A stretch of DNA of 62,800 bases, counting the filler, from Bipalium vagum (lineage: Eukaryota), in the NCBI GenBank assembly GCA_037834085.1. It is 3 parts of 3 records of this genome, joined end to end, with 100 filler letters (N's around TTAATTAATTAA, not from the genome) between each part and the next. Parts side by side here need not be neighbours in the genome. Positions count along the whole stretch, not along the records: positions 1 to 20,254 come from JBBMKC010257049.1; positions 20,355 to 43,662 come from JBBMKC010210595.1; 1 more part is not named here. One strand, written 5' to 3'. Shown here piece by piece: positions 14,061 through 27,977 of the stretch (position 1 is the stretch's first letter; the number at the start of each line of letters is the position of its first letter). A program made the position numbers and the translations under genes. Below the pieces are notes generated by a model. The model made no database searches, was not told the DNA's origin, and worked only from the letters and a program-made list of their open reading frames with translations.

Positions 14061-14735
14061 TATTAGGATAATCCCGGCTTTTACAAAAATGAGTTAAAAT
14101 TTGTGCTCCAATGATTTAATTAAATTGGTATCATTTATTATTTAAAAGATCATACATGTATCAATAATTCGATAAAAATATTCAATAACTTTGAATCTAT
14201 TAAATAAGACTGCGTATTTATAGATCCATAACTTTATTTAAAAAGATATTGTTTAAATAATACAGAAATTCAAAATGTTCTATTTTATTCAAAATAAACG
14301 TCATTTGTGGGAAGTAATGTTTCAATATATTTTACAAAGAAACACAACGCTTGTTTACGATAAATTTGCTCCTTCCACTACAATATACAAAGAATGGTTT
14401 TGCCGATTCAGGAATGAAGATTACGACATCATGGACAATAAGCATGGTAGACCAAAAAAGGTGTTTAAAGATGAAGAATTGGTACAATTACTATATGAAG
14501 ACCCATGTCAAATACAAACGGAACTGTCCATTGTGTTAAGTGTGAGCCAAGGACGTCTGATAAGTATGGAAATAATTAGAAAGTTAGGGAAATGGGTTCC
14601 ATATAGATTGACGGAAAGAAATATTAAACAGATTTAATCGAAAAACAAAAATATGAATTTTTACATCATTTCTCCCTCTTTTAAAGACTATTAAAAATTA
14701 AAAAAGGCTACCATAAATAATTTCAACTCCTAATT
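14061..14735 (+). mobile_element. internally deleted mariner (Mos1/mauritiana-like)
   Basis: ORF 14275..14637 ...EWFCRFRNEDYDIMDNKHGRPKKVFKDEELVQLLYEDPCQIQTELS...KLGKWVPYRL aligns with the Mos1 N-terminus; TATTAGG / CCTAAT ends. Confidence 0.85.
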
Positions 14736-15243
14736 TTTATAAAAATCAATCAAATTTTTAAAGACTCAAGTCCAACTAAAATAATACAGAAAAAAGATAT
14801 CAAAAAAAGTTTTACATTATTAATGTACAAAATGGTTTCAGAAAAAATGTATATGAAAAATAATTTTTATAAAAATCTTTTTAAAAGATTTCTACGAACA
14901 TCCATTAACTTTTTTTAATGATCTTTATTATTTTAATTATTGTTACTTTTTTGTTAGTATTTTAAACATATTCCTTTTGATAATTCCTGAATTCATCTTT
15001 TTCATTTTAAAAAGGATAAAAGGAAAATAATAAGAAAGATAAACAATTTAGTTTGTTTTTTTCCTATTTTCCGAAAAATCAAAACAATTGCTGAATAACG
15101 TTTTGAAAGAAAATTTACAATTAAATATAATTATCAACTATTATTAATTTTAATTATTTTAAATTAATTCTTCTACTCATACTCTTTTATGTCATTTAAT
15201 AGTCTAAGAATTTTATTGAATAATAATAATAAAACTTTTTTTA

Positions 15244-15277
<34 letters not shown>

Positions 15278-16181
15278 AAAATAAAATAAAAAATTAATTT
15301 ATTATTTATTTAATTTTCAACATTAGCACTTTAGTAATTAAACCTTTTTATATAGTTTTTTCTTAAAATATGTTTCCAATTATTTATCAGTTCATCATCC
15401 GTCTAAAATTATTTTAAATTTAAAAATATTTCATTTTCTATTTGTTTTAATTATTTATTAAAATTCATTCATGCAATAATATAAATAAATATATAATAAA
15501 TAATAATAATAATATAAATAACATAAAATAATAATTTTTTTAGATTTAATATTTATTTAAGTCCATTTTCACAGAAAATAGTGATAAGAAAGTGTTGGTA
15601 AAATCAGCATAATATATAAAAGATTTAATTTAAAAAATCAAAAATATTTACTCTACAATTCTTAAAATTAGTGATGCCCGTTGATGTAATTAGATATTTT
15701 ATTTTTTCCTCATTTCCATCAAAAAAATTCATTGAAATTTCCCATTTTATTAATGTCAGAAAGTTTTTTCATAATTATCAAAAAAACTAATTATTAAATG
15801 GAAAAATGAAAGGTCCAGCCCACACCACTTGTGATTTTTTCCCATTGTGTGGAAAAATCAAAAGAAAATTAAATGTTATCTCTGAACAGAAGACCGAAGA
15901 ATAATCAGAAATATAATGAACAATTGTTTCAAAAAGTTTTGAAAGGATAAAAAGGAAATTAAACCAAAATGTTAAGTATGTTGTTTGGGTCATATTCGAA
16001 CTACCTTCCGATGGACACAAAACATCAGGAATATATAATGGAAAAATTAGTAACCTGGATATGATAAGAAAGTTTAAAATTATTTGCAAGTTATGTTTCT
16101 CATTCCAAAATTCTAAAAATGCCTGACAAAAATAATTATCCCTTTTATGAATTACATGAGACCGTGTTGTCATTAGCAATA

Positions 16182-16660
16182 TATTACGTTGTCACATATG
16201 AAATGTCCGATTATGTAATAATAAAAAAATTAAAAAGTCCAATAAAAAATTTTATTTAATTAAAATATTCACCATTGGATTCTACACATTTTCCCCATCT
16301 GGAGACCAATTTCAGAATCCCATTTGCATAGAAATCTAAATTTCTAGTCCGGGAATTCGGATATGACGATAAGCGACATCATAATAATCTTTGAACCAAG
16401 AAATTATCCAAATGCTTTTAAAAATGGTAATCGGTCGGAGATAATTCTGGTGAATAAAGATGATGTGTAAAATTTCAATGTTTAAATCGTTCAGTTTTTG
16501 CAACGCCTTCTTTTTCCACATGAAGTCGTTCACTGTCATGCAACAGGATGACTCCTTTTCTATTGATCAGTGATGGCTGCATAATGCATAATTTTTTATG
16601 CATTATTTCAATTTCAGAGCAATATTTTTCACAGTTAATAGTTACACCCTGTTTTAGTAA
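16182..16660 (-). mobile_element. mariner 3' relic
   Basis: Minus strand ...GVILLHD...LQKLNDLNIEILH...SPELSPTDYHF...FYANGILKLVSRWGKCVESNGEYFN*; TIR-like TATTACGTTGTC at 16182. Confidence 0.85.
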
Positions 16661-17086
16661 TGTTAAATAAGAAATAGATTCGAGGAAGATTTTCGGGAGT
16701 AATAATCTTATTAATTTTTACTGCTAGTAAATATATTGATTATTATAAGGAGAAATAGTTGTAGAAAACAATTTTTAGAACAATTGTGTTTTAACAATAA
16801 ACACAATTAAAAAGATCTTTCCCATATTGAAGTAAAATTCACATTCAAATTTCACTGTGTTGAGAAGAAAGCCTGAATGCTTGATTAAAAAGAACTTTTT
16901 CAACGTCTCTCTCACAAGAATCCCAATATTGTCAGGAAATAAAAATCTCAGTACATTTAATAATTATCTTAACATGACAATTGGGGAATATTTTATCAAA
17001 ATTTTATTGTAAACATTGTGATGTTTTTACTCGATAAACAAAATTTTATATTTACCAATTGAAACTAATAATCTCGTCCAAGTATT

Positions 17087-17860
17087 TATTGGGTTGGTGC
17101 ATAAATGCTATTGGTTTGTTTAATTTCACTGAAAAGGCGACAAATAAACATAATACAAGTTTTAAAAACTAATTAACAAATGAAATAGGTTTATTTCTTA
17201 AAGATAATTTTCATTCAGCTTATGAAAATGATGTACTAAAAGAATGACTATCTTCGTCATTATAATCCTCAGAATTTAATCCAGGGGTGAATGTTACAGA
17301 AGCTGTTTAAACATATGATCCATTTATGAGAAAGTTACCATTCTTTCGGTTAATGGAGAACATTTTTGATTTTTGTCATTCCCTACATTCATGAGAAAGA
17401 TCCAAATTGGTTAAAGATTGTCAAACTCAATTTCTCCAGAAAAGTTTTTTTCAATCAACACTGGCATAATAATAATAATAATTAATAATAATAATAATAA
17501 TAATTATAGGTAATGAAAAACGTTTCCTTTACATCATTTTATATAGGAAAGAATTTTTAACGTTTGATGAAACGGAATTATTCGTTGAGGTTTCTTTAGA
17601 AAAACCTTCCAATAACCACTGAAATCTACTGCCAACAAATGATTAGATTAGAAAAAACAGACAGCTTATCTTTACATTGAAAAAATGTTATTGGCAAAGT
17701 CGGTTGAGGAATGTTTTTATGACTTAGCATATTAACTTGTCTAGCCCAACAGATTATCATTTACTCCAATCTCTATCGACCAGTATTTCTGAAATTTTTA
17801 CTTAATGATGATGTTCACCTACAAAATTGGTTCAAACTTTTTTGTTAAAAGAAAGCTTGT
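17087..17860 (+). mobile_element. highly decayed mariner
   Basis: TATTGGGTTGGTGCATAA TIR-like end; LSSPTDYHLLQSL and LQNWF remnants near 17740-17835. Confidence 0.65.
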
Positions 17861-18379
17861 ATGATCGATTGATGTACTTTGTAGTTTTTATTATCTTTTA
17901 TTGATCTTTTGAACATACTAATTTTATTTATTTATATATTATATTTATATATTAAATTTATTTATATTCATATGCAATATGTGTACAATGAAGTAATTTG
18001 TGTTATGTAATTTATTTTGTTGAAAATCTACACGAAATTAATGCAATTTTAATATCATTTGACGGAGGATATTTTTGACAGTGTCAAATGAAGATATGAA
18101 ATTCTCCTTAGATAAAAGATATTCTGTTGTAAGTCTAGATCGTATTTATCTATGTAAAGTAACAAAATTCACTTAAGCTAATTGTATTAAGTAAAGAACT
18201 TCAATTATGAAAACTTGAAGATATTAATAATTATCAGTAAATATATAATAAATAAATGCAATATTTCGCAAATATTTTAAAAATGGATGCATAATGTAAT
18301 AGCAATGAAGAGTAAGCCTACCACCAGAAAGTGGTGATAGGATTGTATTTTTCATAAAAAGTAGAATTCATTTAAAGAA

Positions 18380-18850
18380 TATTGTGGAAGAACTAATGTT
18401 TTTTTTCCATATCAGCTCCATTATAAAGAAACTGAGACAACAGTAAACAGAATGAATTCTGGGGAAAGTGGTACACGTATGTGAGGAAAGATTATTGATA
18501 ACAGATGATTATCTGCGAAGAAATTGAAGAGTTATAATCGACTGCAAAATCAGTATATCTTCAAAGACATTGAGAAGAAGGCTGAAGGAAGCAGATTTGA
18601 CTAGCAGGAAAACTAAAGAGAAATCTTTGATTACCAGGATTAATCAAAAGAAAAAATTCCAGTAGGCCAATAATATTCAAATGGATATTAAACTAAGTTC
18701 CCGGTAGGATGGCACACGAATAGATCAAATTGATTCTATTGGAGTCATTAGTGGTTGGAAAAGAAAAGGAAATAATTTGATATCGCAATACACTCAACCA
18801 ACAGTTAAACATAGAGGTCATTCTATTTTTGTTTTAGGCTCATTATCACA
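18380..18850 (+). mobile_element. Tc1-like transposase relic
   Basis: TLRRRLKEADLTSRKTKEKSLITRINQKK and QPTVKHRGHSIFVLG (Tc1 PTVKHGGGSVMVWG motif). Confidence 0.75.
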
Positions 18851-18945
18851 ATAACGTCAACGGACTTTACCAAGTTTTTTTTTTATCATGGGTGTATTTA
18901 TAATTCCCCGTGTATTATGTTCTGGTCCACACGCTGTGTATTATA

Positions 18946-19430
18946 TATACATGGTATTTCATAATTAATATTTTATCTTTGTTCTTATTAATGTATTTAA
19001 ATAAAATCAATTTCCAAGTAATTTACATTTGTCTAAATAAATCAATAAAGGGAATTTTTAAATAAAGGATATCAATCAAAAACCGTGTATTTCTCGTGAG
19101 GCTATACTACAAAAAAGACGGATCTGTAGAACAGGCTATCCGAGAATTTTGAACTGCATCTAATATCAAAAGAAAGCCATATTATCTATGCACTGATTAA
19201 AAAATTCGAAATGAATGGGACAGTTCATGATTTACCGAAAAATGTTAGAATACAAGATAGAGAAATACGGGAAATCGTGAAATCATCCGCAAAGCAGACC
19301 TTGCCTTTAACCTTCACAGCTACCATTGCTAATGTATCTGATGTTTCGAGAACGACTACGTGGAGAATTTTATGGCATGAATTAAAACTTGATCCATATA
19401 AATTAAGAGTTAAGCAAGTGTTTATTATTA
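18946..19430 (+). mobile_element. Tc1/mariner (rosa-like, DUF4817-type HTH) 5' relic
   Basis: KRVFLVRLYY...IKKFEMNGTVHDLP...VSRTTTWRILWHELKLDPYKL (ORF 19211..19450). Confidence 0.7.
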
Positions 19431-20254
19431 AATTGTATATTAATAAATAAAGAAAAAAGAATGAAATTATATTTAACATTAAACATATTTGCTTAAAACT
19501 TTCGATATTAGGGAAATTAATTAATGAAAACTGAAGCTGCGATACAAATTTATTATTAAGGAAATTTCTGTCAAGTTAGATTTATATAAATTGAAAAATT
19601 TTATTTTATATAATACTTAAGCTCTATTCTAAATAAAACAAAAAATAAAATAAATAAATTATTTTAACATTTTAATACATAAAATTATATCTTATTTTAT
19701 TTATTATATTATTATTACTAATATAATTTGATTTAATATTTAACTAACAATTTTATGAAAATTATAATTAATAATAATAATAATAGTATATAAATTGTTT
19801 AACATATTCTTTTCTTATTCAATTTTTTATATGAACGTCAACATTTCGTGTTACACCCAAATTTGTAATTGATATTTCTGTATGTCAGTCTTTATTATTT
19901 TAAATTACGTAATTGATTAGTTTTTATTATTGCCACAAAATGGAAGATACAATGCCTTATTTTGTTCTTATTTTATTTATTGAGGCAAATAAAAGGCAAA
20001 TATTATTATAAGGCTAAGATAAAAAATATTAATTAAATGAATTAATTTTTTATTAATGTATAAAAACAAAGAAATTTTGTGATTGACTAAAAATTGCATT
20101 AACGAAATTTCTAAGGATTCAATTTCAATCATTTTTTTAATTAGCAGAAGCTTAAGTGGCTCTGCAGAGTTTCATCTTGATCTAGACGATTTTAAAATAT
20201 TGAATTAAACACATTCATTTCGAAGCTTTAAATAATATTTTATTATTATTATTA

Positions 20255-20354
20255 NNNNNNNNNNNNNNNNNNNNNNNNNNNNNNNNNNNNNNNNNNNNTT
20301 AATTAATTAANNNNNNNNNNNNNNNNNNNNNNNNNNNNNNNNNNNNNNNNNNNN
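20255..20354. other. artificial assembly spacer (44 N + TTAATTAATTAA + 44 N)
   Basis: Exactly 100 nt; TTAATTAATTAA gives stops in all six frames; flanked by (TAT)n on both sides. Confidence 0.97.
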
Positions 20355-20415
<61 letters not shown>

Positions 20416-23400
20416 TCTTATTATTATTATTATTATTAATTACTGTTACTATTACTTATATTATTTTTTAAATGAAAATTAAAAATGAAAACTTTTTAAA
20501 AAATAAATTAATAAAATTCAATAATTAAAAATATTTTTTATTAATTATTTTAATAAAATCAAATTTACGAAAAAACAATCTCGGAAAATTGGTTTAATAT
20601 TTTTTTTGTCAACTGGAGAAAAAAAGAAATTTTTCTAAACCTTAAGAAAATTATTTGTTGAATTTATTTCGAAATGCCAAAAACTTGTTTCTTCTAAGTA
20701 TGAAATTCAATTTGGAAGAAAACATTAAAGTGAACACAGCATCATCGATAATCAAAGTGGTTCCCACACATGAAGTGGTGAAATATAACGAAAAAACAGC
20801 AGGAGTTTTCCAACATCAAACCACAATTATCAATAGTTTTTATTCGGTATTTTTGTCATTTGAAAAAAGAGATTTTTTTGAGAAATTTAAACAAAATTTA
20901 TTTAATCAATCCGGCAAAAAGATATTCAGTTGTGTTGTTTTCCCTTGACTTTTACGAGCTGTTAGGATTAATAGCATTAAAATTGATGAAGACATTTTTT
21001 CAAATTGATTTTTTTTGTTTTTTGGTTTTGCAATGAGAAAAAAAATGGAGAAATTTGTCTAATTTCAAATGATAATTGTTATTTAAGAAAAATCAAAGTT
21101 CATTTACTGTTTATTTATCTCGAAACATATTTTGTTTTTGTTGGAAGATTACAAAGAAAAGAAATAACAATAACCTCGGTCGCACAGGGAATAGACTGGA
21201 GTCGAGACAGTATTTATGTCAGTTTTTCCAGACTAATTATTCAATGTATATTTCAACAATATATAATACTAAAATCGATCCATTGCTCTAGGTCGGATTT
21301 GAACTCTTTGCTCTCACAAGAGATTTCAATGTCCTCCAAAAAGAGCGTTAATTAAAAGCACGTCGCTAATCATTTCGATGCACATGAGACCAAACTCTTC
21401 CGTTAGTCTTGTGGAAATAATTATTCACTGATGATAATTTCAATAAATTTTCTGTCACGGATTCAAGAGCCTGGTCATTTTTGTTATTAATAGGTCATTG
21501 TTAAATTTTTCGCATTTTAAAACTAAGATCGTTAATCTTCCTGTTCAGATAGAGACACGTAATAGATTACTGTTGACCTTTGGGAATCAATTGTTCGGTA
21601 AAACAAATATCCCCTCAATATTAAATGAACATAATGAGTTTGAAGGAAAACAGATTTTTCTCATTTATTTCTAAAAAAAATATATTGATTTTGTGATTCT
21701 CGTCGAATATATAAAGAATAGTATGTAAAATGTTCAGTATCAAACTTTTTACATCTCAAATTGATACAATTGAATTTCGTTGCTTTCTTAATAATTATAA
21801 ACATTGTTCATTTTATAATCATACAACAAATAATAAAAATAAAAAATAATCTACAACAAATTTTCACAGATAAACTTTGTTTAATTGAATTGAATTTGTT
21901 TTACTGAATCGATTTAACAATCGTTAATAATCATTTATCCATTTTTTTTAAAAAAATCATCCTGTATGTTCACAAGCTGAATAAAAATTAAGACTGATTT
22001 AGTAATAGAAGATTTTCATAAAAAAATTATTAAAATTTCTATTAATTATAAATTAATATTATTACAAAAGTAAAAATATAAAATTAAAATTTTATCAATT
22101 TTCGAAACTAATAATCAGTTCATTTTTTTTATTTTTCGTTTTTAAAATCATTTCACTGACTCGTTCATAATCTTCATCAAATTACAAAATTTTACCCGGT
22201 TAATATCAAATTATACTAATGAAATTGTTTAAATGCATTGTATAAAATATTTAATTGTTTTAACAAAATGAGAAAAAACACAACCTTAATATATCAGAAT
22301 TTAGTTATTAGAAATTAACACAATTATCAACAGTTAAGTAACAATTTATAAAACCTGAAACGAATATCAAAAATAATATTATTATTATCATTATTATTAT
22401 TAAGCGTTTATTAATTCTGAAATTGTAAAATTATAAAAAAATATTTCTCTTATTAAAATCAGTTTTGGTATAAAATGTAATAAATGTATAATTTATAAAG
22501 AATTTTGTCCACGTTTCTCCATTTCTATGTATTGAAATTTATCAAATATTAATGAGATTGTATTGCGAAATATTGTCTCATTTATTTCCTTTTAAATTAA
22601 TAAAATAATTTACAGCAAAATTTCTTTTAGTAGGCCTTAAAATATAAATGATTCACATTATTTTTTAAGAAAGTTATTTTTCTCATTTTATTTTTTAAAA
22701 ATATGAAAGTACAATATTAAAACAATATTATTATATCAACAGGTTAAAACAACTTTTTGTTTTAATAAAGAAAAAACTTTCAAAAAAAAATTACAAATAT
22801 ATTACGTCCTAATATTATTTTTGTTATCAATTGTTTTTTTTATTATATGTTATATAATTTTAATAAAATAAAAATAAATTTCATCATATTCTGTCTGTTA
22901 TAATTAATCAAATAAATTTTGTCGAACATTTCTAGTAGAATTAATTGATTAGCGTTGCGTTAAATTAGATGAATTACATGAGTATAAAACAGGTTAAGCC
23001 TTTTCAATTTTCACTGGGTTTCATAATAATTAATGAATAAAATATTAATAGTTAAAAAATTAAATTCCCAACATAAATTAAAATAGCTGGAAATTTTTTA
23101 TTAAAACATAAATTTTATAATTAATTGAACATGTGAATTATTGAACAAAAAATAGTTACAATTTTACTCTTACTTTCACATAATAATGGAAATTAAGTCA
23201 TTTCCATAACAAAAATAATGTACAATTTTAATGTAAAAAATGAAATTATGATAAGCAAAATAATATATTATAGGAGAAGAATTTTGAAAGTTACCGATTT
23301 AAACAAATTTTTTCATAATTTTTGAATTGAATCAAAATATATTTTATAATATAGGTTATGTAAAAAATTCCACTTTAATAAATATAATTTTTGTCAGTAA

Positions 23401-23520
23401 AATTTTTATTTTAGATAATTTTTATTTTATATTTTGTAAATAAAAAATAAATAAAAATTTTTTTCTATTTAAGATTTTATTTCAATAATTCGTTTTTAAC
23501 TGATTGTTAGTTTTCCTGGT

Positions 23521-23655
23521 GTGGTCGCCATGTTAGTTACTGCCACGTTATCGACAGTTTCAGAATTCAAAAACTGAAGATTTTGTACCATTTTTATTTG
23601 AAGAATATAATTATATATTTTTAATATGTGTCCTCTTTTATCCTTTATTTAAACA
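23521..23655 (-). mobile_element. possible short LTR remnant with tRNA-Arg primer-binding site
   Basis: Minus strand ...CTAACA|TGGCGACCAC: a CA terminus directly followed by a PBS-like 10-mer; TGTT...AACA bounds 23531-23655 with AATAAA on the minus strand; no second LTR. Confidence 0.35.
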
Positions 23656-25329
23656 AATTAATTTTCTAAAACTTTTATTAAAATTAATTTAATTATTTAA
23701 TTTTTTAAAACAATTTAAATTTATTAAAATTATTAAAAATCTTTTTTTACATTAAGGATTAAATTTTAATATATTACTTTAAAAATTATTTTAAAAATAT
23801 TTATGATTTATTATTTAATATTAATTAAAATTTAATCCTTACACTGATAATTTTAATTTAGATAATTAACTGGATAATTAGAAATATTGAAAGTCAGAGC
23901 ACAAAACTATATAAAATAAATTATTTAATTTCAATAAATAAAATATTTTTTCAAAAATTCATTTGAAGAAATATTAAAAAAATTTTAAAATATTTTAAAA
24001 TTAAAAAATCATAAAATAATTTTAAATATTAAATCAAATCTTAAGAATATATAACATAATGTAACTAATTAATTATTAGTAATTAAATTAATTAAAGTTT
24101 GATAGTCAATTTTAGTTTCAATTAAGAAAGAGCTTAATTAAAGTTCGATTTTAAAATTTTATATTTACAATTAATTAAAATTAAATGAAATAATATTAGA
24201 AAGTAGATCCGTTGTTGATGGATCAATTATATTATTAATTAAATAATAATCGTGGATTTGAAAACGTATCTTCCTCCTCTTGCTGACCATTGAACAATGA
24301 CGATACGACAGAAGCAATAACCGTTGAGGGGTGCCCAATCTGACACCGTTGAAAAACGAGAAAAAACAAATCGAAAACCAAGGAAAAGTATAGAGTGAGG
24401 TTGTCGTTAATTAAAAATTTTTCTTGGACACCAGTTTTACATGGCAAAAGACACACGGAGGATCTTGAATAATCTCTAATGAGCATTTAATTTTCACAAA
24501 TAACAAATCCCATGTTTAATTTCCTTTCCTTTTCCTTGTTTAACCGGTTTTAATACAGGAAAGATCATATTTCGATATGCATTCAATTAGTGAGGCGGAA
24601 AGGCCGAGATTCATTAATCCGACTCTTGGTTTTAATTTTCGTTTCTTGTAATGAAAAAATGGACACTTGATTCCTCGTTTTCTTGTATTTTGTGGCATTG
24701 GAAATATCCATATTCGAGAGGGGAAATTTGTAAACTTTTACTTTGTTTTTCGACTACCACAATGGAGAAAATGTTTTTAAATTAATCATATTTTTTTATT
24801 AATTGATTTATTATGTAATGCAGTGTTTTGTTGCTTTTTTACTAGGTTTTCCTTTTTGCTCAAGTCTTGATGAAAAATTCCTTCCTTTCATCCACTATGG
24901 ACATAAAATAGCGGTTGTCAAACCCAACATTAATATTTTCAAGTGTATATTTTTGTTAATTTTATTTTATTGTTTATGGATTTTGAATGGGATGGCCTTT
25001 GAGAGTAAATTTGATAAGAGAGATACGAATGTATAAGTTGAATTGGAGATAAAAAGTAAAAGACTAAAAAAACTCTATCATCTGATCTGGTAAAGGAGTA
25101 CTGAACCATACTTCACCGAGATAATGAATACTTTGAGAAAGATGACCTTTGAGAAAGATCTCTGAAACAACGTTTTGTATGGTATTTGTTATTTTTCCAG
25201 AAAACTTTTGTCTTTGTTTTATCTTTTATAATCAGTTTATGGTAGAAAGGAAAAAAGATAGAAAATATATGATAATAATTTCATAATTTAGAAAAAAAAT
25301 CATTCTTATTTTTGATGAGGAACTAGTAA

Positions 25330-25600
25330 ACAATTCTAGTTTTATTTTACTTAACTTGTTTGCCAACATGCTTGACAAGGAGATCAATAAAAGTAGTCAT
25401 AACATTTTGATAAATAATGGGTATTTTCGAAAATTCCTGTATAATTATTGTTTCCAATTCCTGTAGATTCTTTGGCTGGTGTATATAAACATTATTCTTT
25501 AAATACCCCCATAGGAAAAAATCTGGTATAGTTAAATCAGGGGATCATATTAATCAAGATAGTATGCCACCACGACAAGTACATGTTTTGTTAAAGTTTT
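25330..25600 (-). mobile_element. rosa/DD41D-like transposase C-terminal relic
   Basis: CRGGILS*LI*SPDLTIPDFFLWGYLKNNVYIHQPKNLQELETII. Confidence 0.85.
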
Positions 25601-27689
25601 GATTTATGTAGTTAGTACAGAGAACAATTTTATTTTACTTTACTTTTCACTTTATATTAAAAATTAATGCAATTTTTTTTTAAAGTTTCTTTTATCAATA
25701 AAGTTCACTGAAAAGATAATTTACTAACAGACACAATAGTCGGTTTTGCACAATACCAATATATTTAGAGGTCAATTTCATTTCAACTCCCTGTAAGTGT
25801 TTTCCTTTGTGTATTTGAAGAACATTTGAATAATATTTAATGTTTACGGAACTAAAGTTTTCTGCAAAAAGATATTGCTTTGAATGGAACAAAGGGTAGT
25901 TAAATTACTCAAAGTTTTAACTAAATGACAAATCATATACAAGTTCCCTTCCACACTCCATGATTTCTCTGGAAATATTCTTTGAAATGTGTGTAGTCCT
26001 TTGTGGTCCTGGTGTACAATGCAACCATTTTATATATCATACAAGTGATATTTTTTCATTAAATCTTCTTAACTGGCCTCAATAAACATACATTTTTTTG
26101 TTAATAATCACTTCAAAATAATAAGATAAAGTGTAAAGCAGAAAAACCAAATGAACTTTCAATTCGACTCTACAGTTAGATCCAAAATTTCTTTTAGTAT
26201 TATTTTTCAATTATTATTCAATTGAAAAACATAAAAATTCATTCTATGATAATTCTTGAAATGTAGTTTAAAAAATTGTAAAAACCAAACTTTGGTAAAT
26301 TTATATAAATTTAACTAATATTAAAGGACAATTTTAATATTTATTAATATTTTGTAATAAGACCCACTTATTAATGTTATCAATTTTCCAATTTCAATTC
26401 TCAATTAATATTAAGAAAAATTCTAAATCTGAAACAAATAACATTTCATTTGTTTTTAATTTATTTAATGGATAATATTGTTTTAATTATACAATTTCCA
26501 TTTATCCAATCAATACAAGCACTAAAAGAATATTTTTTTAAAATAAAAATTTGCATTGAAATGCACTTAAATTCCTTTATATGACGATTCCTTTTACCCA
26601 TGGTTTATAAAATACTGTTAATTCTATAATAGAAAATAAGAAATTCTCTAATAATTAATTAATGTTTTTTTTTACACATTTTGATTCTATTCTAAAAAAA
26701 AAGTTAAATTTCATGAAAGCAGACTTTTTATACGTTATAATGAATATTATGATTATTAATAATTTTAAATGCAATTCAGTGATTATGAAATGTGACAAAT
26801 ATAGAGGTAATAAACCTCTAAGGTAAATATTATATAGATTGCTTATTATTATTAAGAGTCTACATATTCTAAATACTTGTCTCAGATATGATGGTAGGTA
26901 GGATGATTATTTCAGCTTTAATATTGAAAATTAGTGGGGAAAAGAAAAAAACTTATAAAATACGATTATAACAATATTCGTATATTTAATAATATTAATC
27001 TTAATACCATAGTCAACTGATATCTAGACTTTAAATGCTAAAAAGGAAATAAATAGAAGAGTTTTTTAAGTCTCCAAGATTACCCGCGAGCAATATAAAA
27101 AAACTCTCTTTTATCATAAGAACGTATTGTACAGGTTATTCAAGAGATACGGGTTATGCAAACCAGAAAGTTAAAATAATCAAGTATGTATTGCGCAATA
27201 GTACTTCAATGAGGGTTATATTGAGATCAAAGTCAATAAAGTCAAGTTTATTTAATTAAATCAGTCAAAAATTTCAACCTCTTCCATTACAGTATGATTA
27301 AAATTGACAATCATATTATTGGGAACTTCAGGTTGATTTGAGTTACTTTCAAAAATACTTTCGTACTATATTTATTGAAAAAAATTATTGAATAATACGT
27401 AGTTTTTTCTTACACAAATATGACATGGTAATTATGTTGAAAAAAAGGAGATATTTCATAATTATGGTAGTACGGTGACACACTAGAGACTTTAGGGTAA
27501 ATTTTTCAGTATATTCTTTTCGGATTTTATACTTTGTTTTATTTTATAACTTTTATTTAAAATTCTCATAAGTGCTTGGACCAATATAAACAATATGAAT
27601 ACCTCTAAGCTTTATTTTGTCCTAAGAATTTTAAAGTTATAAAATTTACATTTATGACATGATAACAATATAAAAAAGAAAATAATGAT

Positions 27690-27977
27690 AGTTAGATCTT
27701 CTTTCATATTAATTAATAAAACGAATTCGAGTTCAAAAAATATTTATTGAAACAAAAGTAATATTTAATCTCGCTGAACATGCTGCCACTTCTTTAGCCA
27801 TTCTATTCTTCTTGTTTAGGTAAATCATCTAGAAGCTTCTTTCTGTTTTGCCTTCTCCTAACGACACTAACATTTTCGGCTTGGTCGCCAGTGCGATCTT
27901 CTTTCATATTAATTAATAAAACTGATTCGAGTTCAAAAGATATTTATTCAAACAAAATTATTATGTAATCTCTAACT
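27690..27977 (-). mobile_element. TRIM-like miniature LTR element (two ~88-bp direct repeats, PBS, ~112-bp non-coding core)
   Basis: Direct repeats 27695-27772 and 27895-27972 (71/78 identical, 200-bp offset); AGT...ACT termini; minus-strand PBS TGGCGACCAAG (27890-27880) overlapping the last base of the repeat; AATAAA in each repeat; flanks ATGAT / ATAAT. Confidence 0.7.

Noticed and set aside
20655-21355. ORFs 20655..20948 and 21005..21355 as the missing onecut CUT exon
   Set aside because: No CUT motifs (SQGTLSDLL, PKPW); composition typical of spurious AT-rich ORFs
24587-24626. TGAGGCGGAAAGGCCGAGA resembles the hammerhead ribozyme core CUGAUGA-GGCC-GAAA-GGCC-GAAA, with a possible short stem III and AUC site
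   Set aside because: Essential CUGA is TTAG, GAAA is GAGA, stem II has a G-G mismatch and no stem I can form; at best a dead remnant
27695-27972. Repeat-spacer-repeat pattern as a CRISPR-like array
   Set aside because: Only two 78-bp repeats, eukaryotic context, no cas genes; the PBS explains it better
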